Sequence record: NC_055828.1
DNA from: Bacteroides phage crAss002
Strand: one strand, 5' to 3'
DNA: 32,000 bases
This document shows positions 18,422 to 27,612 of the stretch, in pieces. Made by a program: the position numbers and the translations under genes. Within the stretch, counting starts at the first letter, position 1, and each line of letters starts with the position of its first letter. The notes under the pieces were generated by a model. That model worked only from the letters and a program-made list of their open reading frames with translations. It was not told the origin of the DNA and ran no database searches.

Positions 18422-19342
18422 TCAAATCTCTACAATATCAGCATCACTGATATTCATATTGTTTACTATCTTAGCTTCTGTTGTTTCCATACAACCAAGT
18501 ATAACATCAGCAGCTATATCACGAGCAGCTAGTGTAAACGCTCTATGTCCAATAAGAGTTCTCATATATTTAGTATATGTATCTTTACTAGCAAGTCCAG
18601 CAGTTACAGCGTCACTATAACTAAAATGTCCTATACTAGTAATAACTCTGTTATCTACCACACGAGTAAGTTTATATTCAGTAATATAATCACAAGGAAC
18701 ATTAGGTATTCGGAAGATTGGAACTAATCCTTTAGCTGCAAAATCTTTAGCTTGTTGTTGATTAGCTGCAACTCCGAACTTATTATTTAACTGATATTCC
18801 TTATATATAGTACCATTATAATCTTGATAATTTCTAACTGGATAAATACCAATTTCATCATTATCAGAACTAGCATTAAATTCATCAGCTTCTTTCTTGC
18901 TTTTGAATCTCCTACAATACTCTGGTATCTTACTATCAATATAAACATTATTACCGTCTGTATATTCATACAGAGCTATATAATCTTTAGTGCATTCCCA
19001 TGTTATAGCTGCCTTCAATAATAACGCTTTAATTAAGTGAACGTCTAATGTAGTTTTACCATTAATAACTCCTAGGTGTTCAATACAACTAGTAAATGGT
19101 AAACCTAGTTCTTTAGCACGACTATATATTGCAAGACCATCTTGAATAGTCTTAATACCGCACTTATCACTAGACATTACTGATTTCAGATACAACTCTA
19201 ACTTACTCCTATCATCGGGATTGTAAATGTCTAGTGTATTCAGAGCAGAAGCCACAACCATACCATTATTATTATTAGTAGGTTTTGCTTTTGGTTCTGT
19301 CTTAGCTAGAGTCTTTTCATTCTCTGTCTTTACTTCTTCCAT
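18422..19342 (-). CDS. Phage protein, possibly a recombination/annealing-like protein
   Basis: AKELGLPFTSCIEHLGVINGKTTLDVHLIKALLLKA and YMRTLIGHRAFTLAARDIAADVILG are loosely RecT-like in layout. Position within replication genes. Weak call. Confidence 0.35.
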   Translation of the reverse strand: MEEVKTENEKTLAKTEPKAKPTNNNNGMVVASALNTLDIYNPDDRSKLELYLKSVMSSDKCGIKTIQDGLAIYSRAKELGLPFTSCIEHLGVINGKTTLDVHLIKALLLKAAITWECTKDYIALYEYTDGNNVYIDSKIPEYCRRFKSKKEADEFNASSDNDEIGIYPVRNYQDYNGTIYKEYQLNNKFGVAANQQQAKDFAAKGLVPIFRIPNVPCDYITEYKLTRVVDNRVITSIGHFSYSDAVTAGLASKDTYTKYMRTLIGHRAFTLAARDIAADVILGCMETTEAKIVNNMNISDADIVEI

Positions 19343-19415
19343 TATTTCAAAGGTCGCTTATTGATTACTCTACAAAGATACTAATTTCTTTTATAACTCC
19401 AAAGATTAGCATCTA

Positions 19416-20882
19416 TTATTCTCCTATTATGAAATCATTTTCACTATCTTTAACTATTTCATAGTCTCTTCCTCCTTTCGTTTCTGCTAGCTTCTTTTCT
19501 TCATTCGTACCTTTACAATATACCTTATATATTATATTAGGTACGGAACTAAAAGATAGATTAGGTATTCGATATTTTAAGTCTCGTATTGAGCTGCAAA
19601 GAGGTGAAGTGAAAATCACTATATCTACAACTCCTATAAAGCTCGTATCAATAGAATTATTTGCCGACAATACTTTCATATAGTCGTCATTAAATAGCTC
19701 CAAATTTCGCGTTCTCTGCGCTCTTGCTTGCATGATTACTGGCTGTCCGATTTTAGCTCCCGTCTTATATACTTTCGGTTTACCTTTCTTATCATAAGCC
19801 TGTATTCCTTCCATATCATTATGATAGTTTCCGCAATAGTCATATTGTAGAATACTCATTCCAGTTTGGAATATCTCACCATTAGTCATAATAGATTTAC
19901 CTTCATATTTTATATTAGCATTTAGGTACTCTGTTATCTTTCCGGCAAACACTCCATTCTTTGAAATAATAAGTATTCTTTTGCCTATATTTTCCTTAAC
20001 TATATCAAGTATTACATCTAGCTTAACAATATTATCAGTAACTACCTTAGTACGTTCTCTAATAATATTATAAGTTTGAGTAACTCTCTCGACTAAAGCA
20101 CTAGGATTATATAATTCATCAATCTTACGACACATTGCATCTGTCATATCCATTTTAGCAGACCAACCATTACTTTCTGCTACTTGTAATCTACAAGTTT
20201 CAGCAGCAATATTAAGTCTAGTATTACCAACACGACATTCTTCTAACTTTTCAAAAGTACCAAATATAGTAATACTTTCATTAATATATTGGCTGCATTT
20301 ATCATAATAGATTCTATCAGCATCAGTTAGAATAACACCCTTTTGGTACTCCTTTATGGGGGAATGAATAGAACGATTAATTAAGTGGGCATAATTAATT
20401 TCATATACTTTAGGAGCATACTTATACATAAGTACAGCATTATCAGCAACACTATCAATAGCATTAGTAGCAAGTAGTTTAAACTTAAAATAGTTACCAC
20501 TATATTTCTCTGCAATCTTTCTGAACTTCTTTACATTAATAGTAATAAGTACATCTTTATGACTACTAGGACTAGGTTTATACGGAGAACGTTCAACATA
20601 TTCACGGGTAAGTATAAGACATTTCTTATCAGTTATTAATTGTTTATGAATCTCTTTAAATTCAGAAGTATTATCAAGATAATAAGTAATATTAGCTCTA
20701 TCTTCCATAGTCTCTGTTATAATAAGAGATGTTAAGTCAGGAGTTTTAGCTACCATTTTATCTAATACCATTGTAACGAAATTCATTACACTTAATGGTT
20801 CGGATAGAATAACACTACCCACACCTTTGTTAGCAGACCATTTATTAGCAGCTTCATTATAAATATCGGTTACATCATTCAT
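19416..20882 (-). CDS. Possible diverged SF2/SNF2-type helicase-like protein
   Basis: VGSVILSEPLSVMNFVTMVLDKM near the N-terminus, DIVKENIGKRILIISKN and QARAQRTRNLELF in the C-terminal half; no canonical Walker A seen. Confidence 0.4.
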   Translation of the reverse strand: MNDVTDIYNEAANKWSANKGVGSVILSEPLSVMNFVTMVLDKMVAKTPDLTSLIITETMEDRANITYYLDNTSEFKEIHKQLITDKKCLILTREYVERSPYKPSPSSHKDVLITINVKKFRKIAEKYSGNYFKFKLLATNAIDSVADNAVLMYKYAPKVYEINYAHLINRSIHSPIKEYQKGVILTDADRIYYDKCSQYINESITIFGTFEKLEECRVGNTRLNIAAETCRLQVAESNGWSAKMDMTDAMCRKIDELYNPSALVERVTQTYNIIRERTKVVTDNIVKLDVILDIVKENIGKRILIISKNGVFAGKITEYLNANIKYEGKSIMTNGEIFQTGMSILQYDYCGNYHNDMEGIQAYDKKGKPKVYKTGAKIGQPVIMQARAQRTRNLELFNDDYMKVLSANNSIDTSFIGVVDIVIFTSPLCSSIRDLKYRIPNLSFSSVPNIIYKVYCKGTNEEKKLAETKGGRDYEIVKDSENDFIIGE

Positions 20883-21118
20883 AATACAAGTTGTCCTTTA
20901 TACCATTTAATACTAGTAAGAACATGACTACGATTAAGAGGACTATGTAGAAGAATAATATCACTACTTACAAAATCATTCCAACCACAATCTTCAACAA
21001 GAGATAAGATTAAACATTCTAATACTATATTATAGCCTACTACCATTCCTTTAAGACTACCATAGTCAATTTCCTTTCCTAGATTATTTATACATATCTT
21101 TTCTATATCCATATTCAA
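20879..21118 (-). CDS. Small protein, paralogue of the adjacent 82 aa ORF
   Basis: MNMDIEKICINNLGKEIDYGSLKGMVVGYNIVLECLILSL; ATGA overlap with the next gene. Confidence 0.7.
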   Translation of the reverse strand: MNMDIEKICINNLGKEIDYGSLKGMVVGYNIVLECLILSLVEDCGWNDFVSSDIILLHSPLNRSHVLTSIKWYKGQLVL

Positions 21119-21363
21119 GTAATTTTTAGTTCCTCTTTATAAGCATTAGGATGAATATAAGCATAACTAAAGTTACCGTTTTCATTTAGTATAATAATAT
21201 TACTATCGTTTCCAATCAATTCGTAATTAGTAACAGGACTAAGAGAAACAATAAGATAATTAATTGCTATATTATAACCTATAACCTTAGCTTTGAAACC
21301 TTTATAATCAACTATTTTTCCTAAGTTGTCTTTGCATATCTTTTCTATATCCATATCAGTCAA
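21115..21363 (-). CDS. Small protein, paralogue of the adjacent 79 aa ORF
   Basis: MTDMDIEKICKDNLGKIVDYKGFKAKVIGYNIAINYLIVSL aligns with its neighbour. Confidence 0.7.
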   Translation of the reverse strand: MTDMDIEKICKDNLGKIVDYKGFKAKVIGYNIAINYLIVSLSPVTNYELIGNDSNIIILNENGNFSYAYIHPNAYKEELKIT

Positions 21364-23626
21364 ATAAAGTATTTCTCATTCCATAGTATTTCTTAACTAA
21401 ACGTTTACCTTTACCTTTATTATTACGACTTTGCTCTATTGGTTCTATAATAGCCATAGCTTCATTATAATAATATAAGTAATTAACATTTAATTCAGAT
21501 ATATCAGTATCATCAACAGTATTACATATAGAAACACGTTGACCTGCACATAGAGAACTTTTCTTAACTTGTTCTTCATTATGTTCGTTCCAGCCCATAC
21601 TCTCGACTTTCATCAATGTTCCCCCCGTAGAGGAGATGTAAAACCTTGTATTCCTCTGCACTACATCTGTTCTTATCTTTCCGTCTACAACATGAGTAAA
21701 CTCTAGTCTATACTTATGATTAACATTTTGAGTACGACAGAAATCAAGAATAGATTTAGCATTTCTAAGAGTTTCCATAACAGGAGTACCATTAATAAAA
21801 TATTCAGTAACACATTTAGCTACAATAGGAGAATTATATCCTTTAGATAAATCCTCTAAGAACATCTTAGGATTCATTCTACCTTTGAACTTTCTGCCAT
21901 TATTTGGTTTAACAGTAAGATAACTATTTACTCCTTCTGTAACATATTTAATATAAGGAGTAAATTCACCAGTTAAACCAACTACTTTTTCCCATTCATG
22001 ACAAAGATTACAATATAATTCAAACTTATCTTTAGGTATTATCGAAACAATACCGTCAGTATTAGCACTTATTATATGAATTCCTGCAAGTTCAAGTTTT
22101 TCTATTAACATCAATAGAAATAATTGACCATTAATAGTTACTTGATACATTGCTTTTTTATCACATAGGAACGATTGTTCACTTCCCATTTTACCAAATA
22201 TACCAGCATTTGCTACAATCTTTAGACAAGCAGCAGCAGTAGCATGTTTATCTCTTTCTATAACATCAAGAGATTTATCTTTGGCTAAATGTTTATGTTC
22301 TAGTCGTTCATCAACAATAGTATCAGCTATACGAAACCATGCTTTAGGAAGTAGATGTTTCTGACATACTTTAAGACTTCTAATAATATTAGGATACATT
22401 GAATTAATATCAAAGTCACAGATATATATATCAGAAGTACTAACTCCAACAGCACCATTACTATCGTAAGGATTACCAACAGTAATATCAGTAGCACCTG
22501 AATAATCAGCAGAACTATGGTAAATGTTCGGAATCTCGTTTGAGTGTAAACCGCCTGTTGCGATAGTGTATGACGTGCCCATGAAGGTAAATTCCCTGTC
22601 AAATTCGCCCTTTTCCCCACGTAGGGTTAGCGAACGTATGCCCGACAAAATATCGTTCAATTCAGGGGTCGAAAATGCGATTTTATCTGACAAGATTTCG
22701 GAAACCAAAATTTTCCTACGTATTGTCTTAGTATCAATAAAGGCTTTAGGATGTAGACCAGTAAACTTACTATATAGTTTGACAATAACTTTATCAGCTA
22801 TTGTACTTCTACTAGCAGAATACACATCTACCTTATATTCTTCACTAATACGATACCTTAAAAGAACTTCTTCCTGATTCATTCTGATTAGCTCGGCGAC
22901 AATATATACATCATTGTCATTATAATCAGCCATTTCATTAAGATATTCTTTAGGAATAAATCGCTCAAAAACATTACGATAATGAATATTAAGTTCTCTA
23001 TCAGTCATCCCCTTTGCTTCGGGTAATCTCTCGTGATAATAATGTCTATCTAAATCACCAATAGGTGGCATAGTATACTCTTTTAGATTATACCATTTAA
23101 TATTAATAGAAGTCTGTTTAAGACTTTTATGATAATGGTCTAACCTAAATATTTGGAACAAATCTAAATCCCTAAATGCAACGTTATTACGAAGTATAAG
23201 AGAAGTAAAATTATCAGTCCAAAGAGTATCATTATTAGAACTACGAATAACTCTCTGTGATGTTTCATATAAGAATGTGATTAACTTACTAGGCTTATCA
23301 AATTGATTATAATACATAAGCAATGCACTCAACATTAAGCGGTCGTACTTCCGATTATTATATCCGAAATAGTCTGCTTTTTGTTGTAACCAATATAATA
23401 AACTGAATAAATCAGTATCATCATCTTCATATAAAACAAAACGTTTCTTAGATATTGTTTCTAAACGTTGTTTTATCTCTGCAACAGTAAGTTTATCAAT
23501 AAGAGGAATAGCTTTTCCTTCATTATCAACACAATCACTAAATACTTTGAGATAACTACGTAAATCAACAAATACTACCGAGAAGTAATTTCTAGTTACT
23601 TCGACATCATAACACATAGAGTTCAT
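21356..23626 (-). CDS. DNA polymerase family B with N-terminal 3'-5' exonuclease
   Basis: CYDVEVTRNYFSVVF (Exo I), YFGYNNRKYDRLML (Exo II-like), DFDINSMYPNIIRSL (motif A), CLKIVANAGIFGKMGSE (motif B), ISANTDGI (motif C variant). Confidence 0.88.
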   Translation of the reverse strand: MNSMCYDVEVTRNYFSVVFVDLRSYLKVFSDCVDNEGKAIPLIDKLTVAEIKQRLETISKKRFVLYEDDDTDLFSLLYWLQQKADYFGYNNRKYDRLMLSALLMYYNQFDKPSKLITFLYETSQRVIRSSNNDTLWTDNFTSLILRNNVAFRDLDLFQIFRLDHYHKSLKQTSINIKWYNLKEYTMPPIGDLDRHYYHERLPEAKGMTDRELNIHYRNVFERFIPKEYLNEMADYNDNDVYIVAELIRMNQEEVLLRYRISEEYKVDVYSASRSTIADKVIVKLYSKFTGLHPKAFIDTKTIRRKILVSEILSDKIAFSTPELNDILSGIRSLTLRGEKGEFDREFTFMGTSYTIATGGLHSNEIPNIYHSSADYSGATDITVGNPYDSNGAVGVSTSDIYICDFDINSMYPNIIRSLKVCQKHLLPKAWFRIADTIVDERLEHKHLAKDKSLDVIERDKHATAAACLKIVANAGIFGKMGSEQSFLCDKKAMYQVTINGQLFLLMLIEKLELAGIHIISANTDGIVSIIPKDKFELYCNLCHEWEKVVGLTGEFTPYIKYVTEGVNSYLTVKPNNGRKFKGRMNPKMFLEDLSKGYNSPIVAKCVTEYFINGTPVMETLRNAKSILDFCRTQNVNHKYRLEFTHVVDGKIRTDVVQRNTRFYISSTGGTLMKVESMGWNEHNEEQVKKSSLCAGQRVSICNTVDDTDISELNVNYLYYYNEAMAIIEPIEQSRNNKGKGKRLVKKYYGMRNTLFD

Positions 23627-23639
23627 ACTTACACTTTAT

Positions 23640-25097
23640 TTATTGTCCATAACACAAATATAAACGATTTTTACATCTACTACAAGCTGTATATAATCTA
23701 CGAAGGGTTTCATCTATATTTCCCCAAGGATTACCAGTTCTAGTATCAAATACAATATCATTTATGTCTACATACACATCAGCATAAGTACTTCCTTGTG
23801 CTTTATTTGCAGTAAGAGCAAAACCATAATCTAAATCACGACTGAATTTTATCTTATTAGTAGCTTTATCTAATAGATTAACTAATAATAAGTTTCTTTC
23901 CCTAAATTCATAGTATTCTTTCCAACGTTTAGTTCTATTATATTTATCAGCATTAATAGCATTATAAATATAAGATTCACCTAACTTATAATAAAGCATA
24001 GCATTATTAAAATCAGAATGGTCTACTACAAATAAAGGCTTAGTTCTATTACCACCATTAACTCGTATGAAGGTTACATTAAATCCATGAATATTATCTC
24101 TATTAGTAAAGTTCTTAATATCATGTATTATATAATCTTCGGAATTAATAATAATAGGTTCTTTAAAATCATCAATAAAAGTATTATAAGACATTACTAA
24201 ATCATTCTTAGTTAGAATTGCTTTACCACTATCTTCAATAATATTCTTACGAATGAATTTATTCCAGTCAGACACAGATTTATTAGTATAAGTAACGAGA
24301 CGACAAGTATCAACATCTTTAGTAAATTCTTCATTATAAAATCCGTCTATTACAAGAGATTGAAACTCAAATGCACCACAAGTATAATATCCTTTAGTTT
24401 GAGTAGAATCAAAAGCATACCGATTTCTATTGATAAACTCTAGGAACTTCCAAGTTCTATTATCAATATCCTTTCTCAATATCCTTAATAATTCACTAAC
24501 AGGATTACTTTCTTCTTGTCTTACAATCTGTCTAAGAGTATAAAACTTAATATTATCGAAACAACGTGAGCGAGTTTCTTTAACTGGCTGGAGCTGGTGC
24601 GCATCACCCATGTAAATCAACATGCACTTAAACTGTTCACATTCTCTTTCTATCAGAGTTTTAAGATTAATACCAATCATAGATGCTTCATCAACAATAT
24701 ATAATTTATATTGTTTAATCTTCTTTTCAGCTAAAGGGTCAAAAGGAGGATTATTAACATCAAAATCAGTAACATCTGTATTAAGTCTTAAACCTAAGTC
24801 ACTAGCAACAGTAGATGTAGCATATCCAGTAGACAAACGAAGAACACGAGCAGCTTTATGAGTAGGAGCAGCAAGTCCAATAACAGATTTAGCTAAACCA
24901 CATCTCTTTATTACTTCACGTATCATATATGTTTTTCCAGTACCCGCAGAACCAATAAGAGCACGTTTATAATCGCCTTCAACATAACCTTTTTTTATAA
25001 AGGCTACAAGATTCTCATAAGCAATCTTTTGGTCACGAGTAAAACTATTTAAGACACTATCATCTTTCTTAGCATCATCAAACTTTTCAAAATTCAT
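23640..25097 (-). CDS. SF1B DNA helicase (Dda/RecD/Pif1-like)
   Basis: ALIGSAGTGKTYMI (Walker A), LYIVDEASMI (Walker B), IYMGDAHQLQPV, YGFALTANKAQGSTYADVYVD (motif V), LYTACSRCKNRLYL (motif VI). Confidence 0.92.
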   Translation of the reverse strand: MNFEKFDDAKKDDSVLNSFTRDQKIAYENLVAFIKKGYVEGDYKRALIGSAGTGKTYMIREVIKRCGLAKSVIGLAAPTHKAARVLRLSTGYATSTVASDLGLRLNTDVTDFDVNNPPFDPLAEKKIKQYKLYIVDEASMIGINLKTLIERECEQFKCMLIYMGDAHQLQPVKETRSRCFDNIKFYTLRQIVRQEESNPVSELLRILRKDIDNRTWKFLEFINRNRYAFDSTQTKGYYTCGAFEFQSLVIDGFYNEEFTKDVDTCRLVTYTNKSVSDWNKFIRKNIIEDSGKAILTKNDLVMSYNTFIDDFKEPIIINSEDYIIHDIKNFTNRDNIHGFNVTFIRVNGGNRTKPLFVVDHSDFNNAMLYYKLGESYIYNAINADKYNRTKRWKEYYEFRERNLLLVNLLDKATNKIKFSRDLDYGFALTANKAQGSTYADVYVDINDIVFDTRTGNPWGNIDETLRRLYTACSRCKNRLYLCYGQ

Positions 25098-25470
25098 TGC
25101 ATTTCAATAAAAATTTATCAATATTATCACGACATTTAAGAATATAACCTTTAACTGGTAATCCTATCTTAAATGGAATATAACAACTAGGCATAGTACA
25201 ATAAGCATCAGTACATCTAACAATCTTAGTAGGTCTACCATGACTATCCAATGCACGAGTATATATTGTCTTAAAGCCTTTACATGAGTATGAACGTTCA
25301 GATAATGTAATAAGTTCATCAGTACCTTTAGGATTGAACTTATATTCATTGTTATGTAGAACAATAGTACCTACAACAATTTGCATTATTACTTTCTCAC
25401 GAGGAATCTTCTTATTCTCATTAACTGCTGATAACTTAAAACTTAGTCCCATATTACTAAGATTTAACAA
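25087..25470 (-). CDS. Protein of unknown function with Cys residues (start may be at 25386: MQIVVGTIVLH...)
   Basis: Open ORF; the more plausible internal start gives about 99 aa. Confidence 0.55.
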   Translation of the reverse strand: MLNLSNMGLSFKLSAVNENKKIPREKVIMQIVVGTIVLHNNEYKFNPKGTDELITLSERSYSCKGFKTIYTRALDSHGRPTKIVRCTDAYCTMPSCYIPFKIGLPVKGYILKCRDNIDKFLLKCNEF

Positions 25471-25708
25471 TTTGATTAGGAAGATATTGTATACAACACG
25501 CTCCTTTACGGGGGAATATCTTATACTTATCAGTATTCATAATCCTAGGTAACGGAATAATTTCACAACATCTATCATCATGAACATCTATAATAATGCA
25601 ATGATAAGCATTAACATCTGCATCATGAGATATAACAGCTTTAAGTCCTTCAAAATATACATCAAACGTACTATCAGGATTAACACATTGTTTTAAATCT
25701 ACAACCAT
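25457..25708 (-). CDS. Protein of unknown function, about 83 aa
   Basis: Start likely MVVDLKQCVNPDSTFDVYFEG; contains a copy of the dispersed element in frame. Confidence 0.55.
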   Translation of the reverse strand: MVVDLKQCVNPDSTFDVYFEGLKAVISHDADVNAYHCIIIDVHDDRCCEIIPLPRIMNTDKYKIFPRKGACCIQYLPNQIVKS

Positions 25709-25709
25709 A

Positions 25710-26021
25710 TTAATTAGCTTTAGTTTTATATATTTCGTATAACTTAGTAAATTCATCAGAAGGCATACATACAATAGGAGTATTAGTATGCATTTGGTCT
25801 TTAGGAACAATACAATTTCTAGCAGTAACTATTCTATCATCTTCAACAAATATAGTTTCAAGAACTAAACAATTACCACCATCTAGTATTTCCTTACACT
25901 TAGGACAAACATATATCTTGTCTGTACCAAATACAATAAGCTCATCACCACAAACTAGACATTTACCAGTTGTGACAATGAGCCTACCATTATCTTGTTT
26001 AAACTCGTTTAACTTCGGCAT
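25710..26021 (-). CDS. Zinc-ribbon protein, about 103 aa
   Basis: MPKLNEFKQDNGRLIVTTGKCLVCGDELIVFGTDKIYVCPKCKEIL: CxxC ... CxxC. Confidence 0.65.
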   Translation of the reverse strand: MPKLNEFKQDNGRLIVTTGKCLVCGDELIVFGTDKIYVCPKCKEILDGGNCLVLETIFVEDDRIVTARNCIVPKDQMHTNTPIVCMPSDEFTKLYEIYKTKAN

Positions 26022-26168
26022 AACTAGGAATACGTCTCCTTTCTTCCATTTTAACGAGTTTAACACTTTCAAATACATTAAGAGTAAAAGCTACTAATTT
26101 ATAGCTCTTCTCTTGTCTTCCAAGTTTTACTTTCCTTTTAATCATTACGTTTAGTATTTAATTATTAT

Positions 26169-26510
26169 TTAATAGGAGCATCTGACCGCTCCGCTTCGCT
26201 CCGCTTTCTTCCCCCGTAAAGGGAGTAGTGATTCTGTTACTTTCTTCTTTATTTCATTTAGAGTTCTACTATTAACAACAGCATTATTGTTTTTTACTTC
26301 ATCGCTACATAAAGAATTACTATATAAAGTTTTACTATATAATTCTTTTACATTGCTTTCAGTATCATAAATGAATAAATAGAAACCAACATAAGTAGTA
26401 GGTTTAGCTCTACCAAGATGAATATCAATAGATAGATATTCTTTACCTAATACTTTTACCTGTAACTTTTGAAGTTCTCTAACTAGTTTAATAAATTCTT
26501 TTTCTTCCAT
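26169..26510 (-). CDS. Protein of unknown function, 113 aa, with element-derived C-terminal tail
   Basis: Tail LLPLRGKKAERSGAVRCSY is encoded by the dispersed element and its GC-rich partner. Confidence 0.55.
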   Translation of the reverse strand: MEEKEFIKLVRELQKLQVKVLGKEYLSIDIHLGRAKPTTYVGFYLFIYDTESNVKELYSKTLYSNSLCSDEVKNNNAVVNSRTLNEIKKKVTESLLPLRGKKAERSGAVRCSY

Positions 26511-26596
26511 GTCGGTATATAGTTTTAATTAATAATCATAGAAAAAGGAGCAGACGCTTCTGCTCCAAACTAAATAATTAACATTATAAAAGTCCT

Positions 26597-26671
26597 AATT
26601 CTATCTCACGACAGTAATTTAACTAGGGGTAAAAATTGAGTAAAGTTTTGTTCTATCTCACGACAGTAATT
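26597..26671. repeat. Two 21 bp direct repeats TTCTATCTCACGACAGTAATT
   Basis: Identical copies at 26597-26617 and 26651-26671, 33 nt between them. Confidence 0.9.
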
Positions 26672-26798
26672 AATAAACTTGTAACAAACACAAATACTAT
26701 GTATTTATAGCTGACATTTTACGAAGAGGATTTCCCTTACTTCAACCATTTGGTTAATGTTTCAACTTAGATTAGTCATCATCAGAGCTATCAGAATA

Positions 26799-26828
26799 AG
26801 TAATAGTACGATTCTCACGAACAGTACT
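26799..26828. repeat. Hairpin with conserved loop core TTCTCACGAACA
   Basis: AATAGTAC - GATTCTCACGAACA - GTACTATT, perfect 8 bp stem, 14 nt loop. Confidence 0.8.
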
Positions 26829-26850
26829 ATTCAATTAATAATTCCATAAA

Positions 26851-26882
26851 ACCAATAGCTATAATTCTCACGAACAATAGTT
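26851..26882. repeat. Hairpin with conserved loop core TTCTCACGAACA
   Basis: AATAGCTAT - AATTCTCACGAACA - ATAGTTATT, 9 bp stem with one G/T position, 14 nt loop. Confidence 0.7.
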
Positions 26883-26937
26883 ATTATACTACAATACGAC
26901 AAAATTTTAGTTTAACTAAAACAGACAAAACAAAATA

Positions 26938-27468
26938 TCAATCTTTATATATCTTACGATAATCTACAAAATAATATTTAGGATTAGTTATAATAAAGTT
27001 TTCAACAATATCTGCTGCTTCATTAGGATTATTTCCTTTATAAATATTAATAGGATTTTTTCCTGTAAAAGCATTTCTAAATCTATTATACTTATCAAGA
27101 AAAACTAAATTATCATCAGAAGAATAAAATACAGTGTATACATTATTTTCTTTCTCGTGATACTTCTTACAAAGATTATCATAACCTTCCATTGTTTTAT
27201 CACGAAGTTCTTCCATATATTTGACGTAATTAGTCATTATATCATCCCATTGTTCAATAGCTTTAATCTTATCTTCAATAGGATAATCATCTTCAAGAAT
27301 ATTATTAAGAAGAATATTTAACTTCTTAACATTAAGACTTTCAACATCATCTTTAAGTGATTCATTAAGTCCACCTTCAATAAACTGTCTATGAAATTCT
27401 TTCTTAGCTTTAGCTAAAACATCATCACCCATAACAGCTACAAATATTGATTCAATAATTTCTTCCAT
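26938..27468 (-). CDS. Helical protein of unknown function, 176 aa
   Basis: Open ORF, acidic helical N-terminal half, YYKIL-like aromatic-rich C-terminus. Confidence 0.65.
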   Translation of the reverse strand: MEEIIESIFVAVMGDDVLAKAKKEFHRQFIEGGLNESLKDDVESLNVKKLNILLNNILEDDYPIEDKIKAIEQWDDIMTNYVKYMEELRDKTMEGYDNLCKKYHEKENNVYTVFYSSDDNLVFLDKYNRFRNAFTGKNPINIYKGNNPNEAADIVENFIITNPKYYFVDYRKIYKD

Positions 27469-27511
27469 TATAATAAGTTTTATAAGTTAGACAATAAAAA
27501 ACTCTACTAAT

Positions 27512-27539
27512 ATTATTCTAATCTCACGACCTGAATAAT
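27512..27539. repeat. Hairpin with conserved loop core ATCTCACGAC
   Basis: ATTATTC - TAATCTCACGACCT - GAATAAT, perfect 7 bp stem, 14 nt loop, 44 nt upstream of the 27468 start. Confidence 0.75.
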
Positions 27540-27612
27540 CTTAATAGAGTGGAAACCGACATTTATTTTAACCCTTTTGTCAGATATTAATTAAATAGAG
27601 TACGTATCGGCA

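Noticed and set aside
22606-22630. A twelfth copy of the dispersed element (TTTTCCCCACGTAGGGTTAG)
   Set aside because: Too degenerate (C4, altered spacing) to count. Left out of the copy number.
22327-22877. ORFs 22327..22620 (-) and 22524..22877 (+)
   Set aside because: Both are alternative frames inside the DNA polymerase. Their existence is explained by the GC-richer patch lowering stop-codon frequency.
26597-26671. CRISPR-like array (21 bp repeat, 33 nt spacer, 21 bp repeat)
   Set aside because: Only two repeats, repeat short for CRISPR, no cas genes, and the repeat core is shared with nearby hairpins. Better explained as regulatory or structural repeats.
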